64,000 bases of DNA, from the NCBI RefSeq assembly GCF_000143415.4, contig NW_003314385.1, positions 153,296-217,295 of the forward strand, read 5' to 3'. The notes beneath the pieces are model-generated. The model was not told the DNA's origin. It ran no database searches and saw only the letters and a program-made list of their open reading frames with translations. Position 1 is the stretch's first letter; each line of letters opens with the position of its first letter. The stretch comes from Selaginella moellendorffii. Its lineage: Eukaryota > Plantae > Lycopodiophyta. The position numbers and the translations under genes are program-made. This document shows positions 25,338 through 35,692 of the stretch, one piece after another.

Positions 25338-26101
25338 TTCATTCCTTAGGCCTGATCGAACTCCATTGTTTTGTTCCTTTACTCGGGGTGTTGCATAAGA
25401 TCTTTCGATCATTGTTGTCATCAATCGCCATCATCCATGTAGAACACCTGGGATTGGATTGTTTACATTGGATTTTGAAAAAACCTGTCTTTTTGTTCAA
25501 GTACCAACAAATATAAAGCTTGTTTTAAAAAATTGAAGTATAGACTTTCACAAGTTTTAATAAAATTTGGAAAGCTTAATAGATTTCAACTTGTGATGAT
25601 CAACTAAATCTTCTAATTGGAAGGAGCAGTTCTGGTATGACTTCTTTTCCCTTTCTTCCTGTTTCGCTGATTTCGTCTTTATTTTGGTGATCAGGTTAAT
25701 TTGTTTTTCTTCCTTTGTTCTAAGTTTATAAACTTCCTTACTCTTCCCGTGGATTTGACACTGTACTGTCCATGAAACAGAATCTTTGCCACTGCATTGA
25801 ATTAAATAAGATTTTAACATATTCAAGATGCCGATATAGACTTATAACACTATAGTGCTTGAAATGAGATTTTGTTTCATGTCACAATTTTGTTTTTTAA
25901 TAAAATGTTGATATATGAAGTTCTGCTGCAAAAAATGCCCAAGCTTTTCCTAGGTATATCAGACCTTTCTGCCAATGTTCTTTTAGATAATTTGGAATTA
26001 AGATCTAACGCTACTGCAAGGTGCAAGTTGCAAGTTGCAAGTTGCAAATTAAAAATGAGAGGGACGAGGAAGAGAACTGCGTCTATACGTGGTTACCTTC
26101 A

Positions 26102-28012
26102 TTAAGCTGCATAGAGGTTTGCCAGTGACACATAGCTCGCAGCACTCTTGGGCGCCATCTCACAGGCAAGCTTAGCAGCACCGGCGCCGTGCCTGACGTT
26201 ACGATGGAGTCCACAAGCTCCAGCCAAGCTTCCCCACGACACTCCATCCCCTTGAAAAGGCATGCACCCCGCAAGCTCGGACGCATTCTCGAGTTGCCCC
26301 ACTTTCCCAAACACGTCGATGAAGATGCAGTAGTGCTCGATGCAAGGCTTCAATCGATGGTCCGCCATGGCAGCCAAGTAGGAGCGTGCCTCTCTCAGCA
26401 ATCCCTTGTGAGCGCAGGCATTGAGAATTATCAGAAACGATACGTCGTTTGGCAACACGGACTCCAACCCCATGCTGTGAAGCAGCTCAAACGCATCGCT
26501 GTAGTGCCCAAACTGAGCATATGCTGCAAGCATTGTGTTGTAGGATACAGTGTCTCTCCCTGGCAGCGTTAAAAACACGAGTTTCGCCGCAGGAACATTT
26601 CCTGCTTGGGCATCTGCGGCGAGAGTTACGTTCCACGTTGTAGCATCGCGCTCGGGAGACTTGTAGAAGAGATCCTTGGCGTACTCAGCGTATCCGTTTT
26701 GGACATAAACCGTAACCATGGCGTTCCACGAGACAACGTTCTTGACAGGAAGTAAATCAAACAGAACTCTAGCAGCCTCAACGTTTCTCTTTTGTCCATA
26801 CCCAGCCACCAGAGCGTTCCAGGAGACAACATTCTGTTCAGGCATTTTGCTCCACAGCTCTTTCGCTTGCTCCATGCGCCCACACTGGGCATACGCGGCA
26901 ACCATAGCGTTTACAGTCACGATGTTCCACTCGCTCATTCTTCGGAAGAGACGCTCAGCCTTTTCAATCAGTCCTTGTTCGGCAAAAGCAACAATCACTA
27001 TGTTGCAAGACACAACATCGGGCTCTGGAAGCGCATCAAACAATCGCTCGACGAGATCGATGCTACCACTGTGGATGGCCGCTGCCAGGAGTGTGTTCCA
27101 CGACACCATGTCGTGGCAAGGCATTCGATCAAACATTTCCTTGGCACCCTCGTACTCCCCGTTCTGCGCGTGCGCCTGGACGATGCTATTCCACGATGCC
27201 ATGCTCCGCTCCTTGAGACTGTCAAACATGGCAGCCGCGCGCGCGAGGCATCCAGCGTCGGCATAGAGCGCAACCATCGCATTGCACGACACCGCGTCCC
27301 ACTCGGGCATCCGGGCGAAGAAGATGGTCTCGGCCCCGGCCACATTCCCATTCTGGGCAAATGCTACAAGCAAGGATGTCCACGTCAAGAGATTGGGTTC
27401 CGGCATCCTCCGGAACAAGCGGTTGGCCTCTTCCACACACCCGTCGTTGGCATACGCTTGGATCATCGTGTTCCACGACACACAATCCCTCTCGGGCATT
27501 CTCTCAAAGTATTCTTTCGCTTGATCCAAATGCCCGGAATGGGCAAATGCTTGGATCATTGCGTTCCAGGTGACAAGATCCCGGACATGGTAGCTACCAA
27601 ATGCCGCAAGCGCTTGCTCGATCATGCCCTGCTGCCCGTATGCCGTGATCATCGCGTTGGAGGCGACGAGATCGCGCTTGGAGGGCGGCGTGGAGTCGAA
27701 GAGCGACTTCGCTGTGTCCAGGCATCCATTGTGGAGGCACGCGGTGATGATGAGATTCCAGGAGAAGGAATTGGGGGATTGGATGCGGTGGAATGCGGCG
27801 AGCGCGTCGCCCACGCTGCCGCAGCGGCCATACATGTGGATGAGGAGATTGGCGAGGTATCTGCTGCTGCGGTGGGGGCTGTGGACGATCTCGGCGTGGA
27901 GGTAATGGGCCTGTGACAGATCCCTGCACGATCGAACGCGCCGGGCAATCGCGTCTTCTTCTCGAATCCTCCATTGCTCTTCCAAAGCTGACAATGACCT
28001 TGCTATAGTCAT
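26102..28012 (-). CDS. PLS-class PPR protein rich in short (SS) motifs, E domain, no DYW (636 aa)
   Basis: Tandem 31-aa MP..D.VSWN repeats. Ends ACGLHRN...YVSLANLY. Confidence 0.93.
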   Translation of the reverse strand: MTIARSLSALEEQWRIREEDAIARRVRSCRDLSQAHYLHAEIVHSPHRSSRYLANLLIHMYGRCGSVGDALAAFHRIQSPNSFSWNLIITACLHNGCLDTAKSLFDSTPPSKRDLVASNAMITAYGQQGMIEQALAAFGSYHVRDLVTWNAMIQAFAHSGHLDQAKEYFERMPERDCVSWNTMIQAYANDGCVEEANRLFRRMPEPNLLTWTSLLVAFAQNGNVAGAETIFFARMPEWDAVSCNAMVALYADAGCLARAAAMFDSLKERSMASWNSIVQAHAQNGEYEGAKEMFDRMPCHDMVSWNTLLAAAIHSGSIDLVERLFDALPEPDVVSCNIVIVAFAEQGLIEKAERLFRRMSEWNIVTVNAMVAAYAQCGRMEQAKELWSKMPEQNVVSWNALVAGYGQKRNVEAARVLFDLLPVKNVVSWNAMVTVYVQNGYAEYAKDLFYKSPERDATTWNVTLAADAQAGNVPAAKLVFLTLPGRDTVSYNTMLAAYAQFGHYSDAFELLHSMGLESVLPNDVSFLIILNACAHKGLLREARSYLAAMADHRLKPCIEHYCIFIDVFGKVGQLENASELAGCMPFQGDGVSWGSLAGACGLHRNVRHGAGAAKLACEMAPKSAASYVSLANLYAA

Positions 28013-28100
28013 ACAAGATATAACAAAAAACTAGCTATCATCTGTGGACAAAAACATTGCCTCTGTTTGGATTGACGAGCGAGCGAGCGATGGGGAGCTT

Positions 28101-28497
28101 TCACGCCAAGAATCCAAGCTTCTCTCCGTTCTTCTTCGCAATTCTTATCAAGCCTTGCCGGACCTTGTTGTCTGCGCCCACGGACTTGCAAAACTCGGTA
28201 ATCACCTGGAAACGAAGAATGTGGATTCATCCAAAGCAAGCTATAGACCGACAGTACCTGGGAGTGAAGAGCAATTCCTTTTCCACGCAGCTGGTTGAAT
28301 TGCTTCGCTCCCAAAACACTGCGCGCCACCACCACCAGCGGAGCAAAGATTCCCGAGCTTCCTTCCTTGCTGCCAGCCACCACCACCAGCGATGATCGTC
28401 TTCCTCTTTGCCTTGCGGAGGAAGAGCTCAAGTTCTTGGTCTCCAACTCAAGCCCAGCCAAAGGCCTGCTTGAGATCGATCCAGCGATAAACGCCAT
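28101..28497 (-). CDS. PGR5: PROTON GRADIENT REGULATION 5; exons 28497-28258 and 28205-28101
   Basis: GIFAPLVVVARSVLGAKQFNQLRGKGIALHSQ|VITEFCKSVGADNKVRQGLIRIAKKNGEKLGFLA. 52-bp GT-AG intron. Confidence 0.96.
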
Positions 28498-28752
28498 GGA
28501 ACTGTTGCGCCAAGATCTGGGAGAAGCTCTCACTCCGAGACAACCATGATCACCATTGGCCTGGCAGTAGTCTTCTTCTCCAAGTTCCTCCTTCCTCCTT
28601 CCTCTTTCCTCTTTTGCTCTTTCACCCGAACGTTCTCCCTTTGGCATCCGACTCGCGTCCAACGTGTCGTCACCATAGCCAGGAGATGACCAGATGAGAA
28701 ATGAATGGGCGGATGCCTGTTCCCAGCTTAGCTTAGCCCACCACCTTTCTCA

Positions 28753-30252
28753 TCAGTGTGTAACACCGTGTGTTGTGAGTGTTAAGCACACGCTCTCGCT
28801 CAGCCCGTTTGCCAGCACCAGGTAAGCTCCAACATCTCCGGGACTGACGCTCCACACTCTCTGTGCCGCCGACTTTGCTCCTCCAACGTCGCAGTGGATG
28901 TAGCATCCCCCCAGCAAAGCTCCCCAGCTTGCAGCATCTCCGCGCAGAGGCATGCTTTTCGCGAGCTCCACTGCTCTCTCCACCAGTCCCGCACGCCCGA
29001 GGATGTCGATCATGCTCGAGTAGTGATCCATCACTGGCGTCAAGCCATGGTCGCCGCTCATCGCCACGAAGTAGTGACAGCATTGCTGGAGCAGGCCCTG
29101 GTGCGAGCAAGCCGTCAGGAGGATGACGAAGGTGGCAGCGTCCGGAGCAACACCGTCGACTTGCATCGCTCGGAAGACTAGGATCGCGTCGTTGGCATGG
29201 CCCGACTTGGCGTAAGCAGCCACCATGGAGTTCCAGGCGGCTGTATCGGTTGCCACACCACGATCCTGCAGCTTCATCCGCTCGAAAACCTGTCTAGCAG
29301 CTTGGAGATGGCCGTGATGAGCATACACCGAGATCATGGACGCCCAAGCCGTGGCGTTCCTCTCGGGCATGCTCTCGAACACAAGTGCAGCTCCTGCCAC
29401 GTCTCCATTGTCCGCGGTCACGGCCAACGCCGCATTCCAGGACGCAGCATCCCAGCTTGGCATTCTCCAGAAAAACTTCTTCGCTTCTCCAGTATCACTA
29501 TTTGTTTCTGAAGGCGCCATGGCAGCCACCATCGTGTTCCAGGAGACCACACTTCGCTGAGGCATGCTCTCAAAGCACGCCTTAGCCTCGAGAACTTCTC
29601 GGCCGTGAGCATGCGCCGAGACCACTGCATTCCACGATACGACGTCGTGCTTGGGCATTCTGTTGAAAGTACTCTTGGCACCAGCAAAGTCTCCGAGCTG
29701 GAAGTTCGCAGCAACCATCGTGTTCCAGGAGACAACGTTTCTCTCCGGCATCCTGGTGAAGATATCCTTGGCAGGACCAAGGTGACCCTGGTCGACGCAG
29801 GCCTGGACCATGGTAGTCCAAGTCACAACGTTGAGCTCCGGCATCCTGTCAAGAACCTGGTGAGCCATGGTGGTGATGCTACCGACGAAGGCGTGAAGAA
29901 GAGCCGTCCACGATACCACGTCCCTGTGCGGCATCGTGTCGAACAGCGACTTTGCGAGATCCACATGCCCACACTGGGCATACGCGGAGACCATCGTGTT
30001 CCACGAGCAGATGCTGGGCTTGCATATCCCCTCGAACACAATCTGAGCGTCACGGATGCTCCCGCAGCTGCTATACATTTTCACCAGCAGATTCGCAAGG
30101 TACCTGCTGCTTCCAAATCTACTGCTCTTGATCTGTGCGTGAATCCACCTCCCCCTGGCGATGTTCTTCGACTCTCCGCATTGTTTCACAATGCCTGCGT
30201 AGAAGTCTTCGCTCTTATGAGAAGCGCTACTAGACATCCCAGCAGATTTCAT
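28753..30252 (-). CDS. PLS-class PPR protein with E domain, no DYW (499 aa)
   Basis: MPERNVVSWN repeats, LTACSHQGL, WGALLGGCYIH, YLVLAN. Confidence 0.92.
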   Translation of the reverse strand: MKSAGMSSSASHKSEDFYAGIVKQCGESKNIARGRWIHAQIKSSRFGSSRYLANLLVKMYSSCGSIRDAQIVFEGICKPSICSWNTMVSAYAQCGHVDLAKSLFDTMPHRDVVSWTALLHAFVGSITTMAHQVLDRMPELNVVTWTTMVQACVDQGHLGPAKDIFTRMPERNVVSWNTMVAANFQLGDFAGAKSTFNRMPKHDVVSWNAVVSAHAHGREVLEAKACFESMPQRSVVSWNTMVAAMAPSETNSDTGEAKKFFWRMPSWDAASWNAALAVTADNGDVAGAALVFESMPERNATAWASMISVYAHHGHLQAARQVFERMKLQDRGVATDTAAWNSMVAAYAKSGHANDAILVFRAMQVDGVAPDAATFVILLTACSHQGLLQQCCHYFVAMSGDHGLTPVMDHYSSMIDILGRAGLVERAVELAKSMPLRGDAASWGALLGGCYIHCDVGGAKSAAQRVWSVSPGDVGAYLVLANGLSESVCLTLTTHGVTH

Positions 30253-31165
30253 CGCAAGCCTTCAGCACCATCTCTGTGATCGACGACGATGGCGAAGACG
30301 CATCAAGGAGTTCATCAGTCCAAATGAACCACGGAGCTCGTAAGCCATCCACCTTGACACCAAATCGTTCCAGGAGCTCTTGGACAGCAGGCCACTTCGT
30401 CTCCACTTCCCTCCTCATTACCGGAGCTCCAGTCACCAAAACTTTCGTGTGTAGCTCTTGCAAATCCTCCTCGCTGAGAAAGAATGCCACATTCTCTCCC
30501 ACTCCAGCAGCTTCTAGATCGATCACTCCACATCTCCTCACGCCCTGGTGTTCCACTTGCTGCCACTGGAGAGTAGCATCCTCTTGGCTCACACCACTTT
30601 CGATTGCGGCCTTGGAGAAAACGTCACTGCGCAACGATGCCCCTCGATCGGTCGTGACGAAGGCAGAATAAGAAGCGGCTGCCAAGGGAATGGATTGGAG
30701 TGTCATCCCAGTAGCTTTACTGGCACAAGAATCCTTCCCTTTGAGATCCACCAAGAAATTCCCTGCTCCATTCACACAAGTCCCTTGCAAGAAACTACCG
30801 ATGGATCCCAATCGCCTCAGAGTTTCCAGCTGACAATCCTTGAGAAGAGTCCACCGCCCTACATTGTCATGCTGTTCTTGGTGCTGGCATCTGGCATGCA
30901 TCGTGTGATGCTTGGCGAGCATCGCGTGTAACAATTCCCTGCTGCTAGCATTGCTACTGCTGGAATCCGGCTGCTGCAAGAGAACTAGCGCCTCCTTCTT
31001 GGAATCGAAGCAAATGCGGAGGGGAGTGATCTCTCTCACCTCATGCTTGTCGCCAACGCTGTCGATCCCTTTGGTGCGCCATTCGTAACGAATCCGGCAG
31101 GAGAGAGGATTGATCGTAGGAATCCTGCTGCCACCACCGGCGATCGTGCGCCAGAATCGCTTCAT
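30230..31165 (-). CDS. Hypothetical intronless protein (311 aa), possible mitochondrial presequence
   Basis: ATG-initiated long ORF with globular composition. Arg-rich, acid-free N-terminus. Telo-box AAACCCTAG just upstream. Confidence 0.6.
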   Translation of the reverse strand: MKRFWRTIAGGGSRIPTINPLSCRIRYEWRTKGIDSVGDKHEVREITPLRICFDSKKEALVLLQQPDSSSSNASSRELLHAMLAKHHTMHARCQHQEQHDNVGRWTLLKDCQLETLRRLGSIGSFLQGTCVNGAGNFLVDLKGKDSCASKATGMTLQSIPLAAASYSAFVTTDRGASLRSDVFSKAAIESGVSQEDATLQWQQVEHQGVRRCGVIDLEAAGVGENVAFFLSEEDLQELHTKVLVTGAPVMRREVETKWPAVQELLERFGVKVDGLRAPWFIWTDELLDASSPSSSITEMVLKACDEICWDV

Positions 31166-31245
31166 TCTCTCTAGAGCTTGCCAAAAACCCTAGCTCGTTC
31201 TCTTTGTATTGCCTTGAAAGAATGTGTGTATGTGTGTTGTGGGTG

Positions 31246-34200
31246 CTATGTTTTGACCGCTAAAGGGCTTCTAACTCGTTGCCTTCCATTGGACCACGTC
31301 AACCAGCCAAAAACAAAACGCCCATTCGTGTGGTCAACAGAGGTCAACTCTACGTTGAACGCTCGTCTCTCCATGTAGGAGCTGAATCTCAGCTCGTCCG
31401 GTACCACTCTCACGCGTATCCCTGGCGGCGCCACCACGCTCGCCTTGAACACTGTAGGTGTGGTAACGGCGGTAGAGGCGGAGTAGTCGGAGTTCTTCCT
31501 CGCCGGAGAGGCTCCAACGTAGGTGACACTCCTGGAAACAATGACCGTGGCGGCGGTGGTTTTGTTCTGGGACGCGGCGGTGGCGGCGACGCCTCCGCCC
31601 AGCCGGGAGACGACGATGGCTGGATAGTTGAGGTTTGAGATGGGGCGGCGAGCGGACTGGGACGATGGACAGATGCTCTTGTCGCCCGTTACCTTTTGGA
31701 GGAGTTTGGTGTCATAGCCGGAGCTACAGAGGTAAGCCATGAACTCGCCGGGGCCAGCGTCGTAAACAAGGCCCGGATTGGCAGCTCTGCGGGGATTTAC
31801 GTGACCGCTTCCATAGTCGAAAGCGTTGGCCACCTTTCCGTGAGGCAGTGTGAGGATTGGCGATCGAGTGTTGTCTTCCGTGAGAGCTAGAACAGGCAAA
31901 GTTCACAGATGAATCAAGCTCTTCGTGAAAGTTTGGAACTACCTGTTGTCATGATGGCCGACTTGAGAGCTGCTGGGCTCCAGGATGGATGCGCGGCTTT
32001 GAGCAGCGCAACCACGCCAGCGACGTGAGGACAAGCCATGGAAGTTCCGGAGATGATGTTAAACTTTCCTGGCATTCGCTTGCTTCCGGGAGACCATGCC
32101 GCGAGGATGTTTAATCCGGGAGCAGCAATATCGGGCTGCCACCATCGATCGAAAGTTGGAGTTAGCTTTTCGGAGAACCATTGCGAACCATTACATATAC
32201 CTTGAGCACGTCAGGGGTGACCGAGTTGGGACCCCGAGATGAGAAGCTCGCGATCTGTGGAGCGGGTCTGGATCCCAGTACTGTTGCAGTGGGATTGATT
32301 CGTGCTACGGGTGTCCTGTTTCCAAGGAAAAGTTTATAAGAACCTGGAGATCAAAGAAAAGCTTAACTTTGTGGAGTTGATGTATGAGAGGATTGCTGCT
32401 CCATCTTTCGGGCCAAGGAGCGTTGCTGGGAGAGCAAAGGGGACTGCAAGGCCGGAGTCGGCTTGATCGATAAGGATCATCCCCTTGCTACCCGCCGAAA
32501 GCACAAGTTCGCTCTTGCCAACCTTTGTGTCCAGGGAGTCTTGAGGATGCATGCAAACGACGATGCTGTTCTTCACCTTAGATGGATCCAGCGAGCCACT
32601 GGAGCAATCCCTGCAAGCCAAGAGATTATATATCTTGAGAAAAAGTTGGTTTTTCCTCAAACCTTGCTTGAGCTTTGGTTGAGTTCTTCCTGTTGGCGCT
32701 TGAAGCAAGGATGAGTGGAGCAAAGGAGCCTCCCATGCGTGAAGTTGCGAGAGAAGCACCCTGAAAAACAACATCGTCTCAGGCATAAAGATGATACTCG
32801 AAAAGACGAACCTTAAACACGATTTTGTTGCCAAGCACAACCTCGGAAACGAACTCCCGATCCATAGAACTCGCAGCCACCGTGATGATCCAAGGAGCAA
32901 TGTTGGTAGCACTTCCAGTGTTGGTGTCTCCATTGTTTCCAGCTGAACAAGTCACCACAATTCCCTTTTGAAGCGCATGGAACGAGCCGATGGAGATGGC
33001 ATCCTTGAAGAAATCCGTCTGTGGAGGATCCGGCCCCAGCGAGAGAGTCATAACATCAACGCCATCCTTGATCGCATCATCAAATGCGGCCAAGATATCG
33101 GCATCGAAGCAGCCACTCGACCAGCAAACTTTGTAGACGGCGAGCCGAGCTCGAGGAGCTCCACCAACAGCGCTGCCTTTGCCGAGTCCAAAGAAACTTG
33201 CGTCGGTAACGTATCTTCCAGTGACGGTGGACGCCGTGTGAGTTCCATGCCCGCTCGCATCTCGCGGAGAGATATAGTCGAGGCCACCATCTTTTGCTGA
33301 CGCTAATGGACCTCCCATCTCAGACGCCAGGCCCCGCAGGTAGTATCTCGCTCCCACAAGCTTTCTACGAGCCAAGTAAAGTGATCACAGGTGATCCCAC
33401 GAAGAACACTTCGATCTCTGATCATTCTCTCACCTGTTACAGTGTGAAGCATTGAACAGCTCGCCAGCTTCACACTCGCCTTTCCAGCGTGATGGAACCG
33501 GAGGCATCAGACTGTCGCTAAAGCTCGAAGACTCTGGCCAGATTCCTGCGTCAAATCGAGCGGGTGACCGAGTTTGTAAGATCGCAAAGCAAGGAAGAAA
33601 GCTTTTGAGCTTACCAGTGTCAAGAACACCGACAATGACATTGGATTGCTGCTTGGAGCTGTGAGGAAGGCTCCTGGCTTCGTGCTTGAGGCCTTGCGAT
33701 TGTTGCAAGCCCAGAAACTCCCACGAGTGTGTCGTGTGAAGCTGCCGCGGCATGCTGGGAAACACCGCCACAACGCCATCCTTTTCTGATCGATCGCAGC
33801 GTAAGATAACATGAGCTAGAGAAAGATGTTATCGTCACGTACTTGACAGATCGAAGGCCTGTTCTTGAGACAGCCTTGCTGAGAAGCCTCTAAACCCGTG
33901 CTTGTAGCTGTACACCATGGACTCCTTGGCTTGATCATAGCTGAAAAAACAGGAACCGTGTATAGTGTGAGATCGGCAGGAAAGAAGAGAGAAAATTGGT
34001 TACCCGTTTTGAAAAACGGATGACAAGACTTGATGGTTGTGATCGCAGGTCACCTGAGGATCGTCGTGAATTCTATGACCCATGTAGACAATGTACACCT
34101 GGAACAAGGAGGAGAAGTCACATTGGCAAATCCTCCAGCAAAGAAGCCTACCTTGCGTCCATCTCCATCTCCAGAAGAAGAAGAAGAAGAAGAAGAAGAA

Positions 34201-34298
34201 CGAGAAGAAGAAGCTCTCGCGGTGCCGGCATTGCAAGAAGAAAGCACCAGGAGTAGAAGAGAGAGTGCGACAAGCATCCTACTCCAAGAGGCTGCCAT
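31246..34298 (-). CDS. Subtilisin-like serine protease (S8, I9 prodomain, PA, Fn3), multi-exon
   Basis: Signal peptide, [42 protein letters not shown] (about 32040-32055), [12 protein letters not shown]. Confidence 0.95.
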
Positions 34299-34336
34299 CG
34301 ATCACAGACAATGCGATATGGGCGAGCGAGTTTTCT

Positions 34337-34338
<2 letters not shown>

Positions 34339-34369
<31 letters not shown>
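34339..34369. repeat. (GA)n microsatellite in the subtilase 5' UTR
   Basis: Perfect GA run. Confidence 0.9.
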
Positions 34370-34372
<3 letters not shown>

Positions 34373-34472
34373 GAGGGTCTAGACTCTAGAGAGCTCGACC
34401 TAGCTGGCGATCCTGTACTGGCAAGCACAGCACAGAAAATCACACCACAGGAGAAGAGAGGGAAAAGAGAGA

Positions 34473-34480
34473 TTTTTATA
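34473..34480 (-). promoter_or_regulatory. Probable TATA box of subtilase 1
   Basis: TATAAAAA on the minus strand, about 175 bp upstream of the ATG. Confidence 0.5.
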
Positions 34481-35692
34481 GGCACGCCGCACGCCTGTGG
34501 CAGTGGAGGCAGTGCGTCACTCACAGCTCCCTTGCCCTGCGACTATCTGCTTGGCGACACCGACACGAATAGGATGCTCGTGACCAAACGCCGTAGAACA
34601 AAGACTCTACACTATGGAAGAAAGAAAAGACCCAACGGAGCTTTGATTGAATGATTGAGAAGAAAAACCGCGGAATCTGGATGAATCATGGCTGCGACCA
34701 GCGCTTCTCCTGGCTTGCTTACTCAAGAAAAGGAGGGATTTTAGGCCTAGACCTCTGGGAGTGATCGTTTATGTGGAGGAAGATAGTGAGAGCTTTCCTT
34801 TATACTCGGTGTGCGTGCGCTCCCGCCGCTCCTCGCTGCCCCACATTCCACTCCAGCTTGTTTCTTGAAACCAATCAAATCATGCTTTCGACTCAGCGGC
34901 AGCTGCGTTGTTCTTCCACCACCACCACCAGCACTACTGCCACTACTACGAACGATATCACCACTTTGTTTGTAAGGCTATGGAGCTCCGCCACGGATTG
35001 AAGGAGTGCAAGGCCTCTTTTTCCTCTGCTTTGAAATCGATCCAGTGATTCGATGCATCCAATCCAATCAATCAATCACTCTGGCGAGCTTCTTCTCGAT
35101 GGTGTTTTGGTGGATTGCTTGTACGTACCGGCAGACACCCAACCAAAGATAAAGTCGGTGAGGCATGTGAGTGGGCGTCACTCCCTCGAAAAGCTCCACA
35201 AAAAATTCCCACAGAAATAGATCCACCAAAATGCCACTGGAAAGATTTCCTTTTGTCCTCTTGGTTGGAGGTTGAAACATCAACAAACACGACTAGACTG
35301 TGAGAACATGAGAAGAACATGAGATGAGAACATGGCAATCGTGGACAAATATTTCTTAATACCACAACCAAAGTTGCCGCGAAGAAGTCTCCACTGCTCC
35401 CATGAGAAGTGCCAGTGAAACTTCCAAATTTCTCCAAATCTCTACTACAAATCTCCCGCATTGATTGGAATAGCTCCAAACGAAAATTACGCTCCTGCCT
35501 TGTCAGTCCAAGTCAGTGGTCAATTGCTGCGAGAGAGAGCGACCTTGGAAAAAAGAAGAGAGAGAGAGAGAGAGCTTCTCACCTCTGGTACGCATGGCGA
35601 TGGCTGTGCAATCCTCTGACAATCCATCAAGTGCGAAAGAACTCGTTACTTACGCTGAATGGAACGCTCTGCCAAGACACGAATCTCCTTGC

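Noticed and set aside
26792-27916. 374-aa plus-strand ORF (similar ORFs at 58831-59829 and 40365-41156)
   Set aside because: Antisense to well-supported genes; explained by codon bias.
28012-28258. Alternative splicing of PGR5 exon 1 onto the downstream PPR to lend it a transit peptide
   Set aside because: The candidate acceptors near 28042 and 28003 are out of phase with the phase-0 donor or lead to a stop.
34785-35012. Partial miR159/319-like match (GGATTGAAGG) with a weakly complementary upstream arm
   Set aside because: Only a 10-nt match to the mature miRNA with several mismatches in the duplex; not supportable without small-RNA data.
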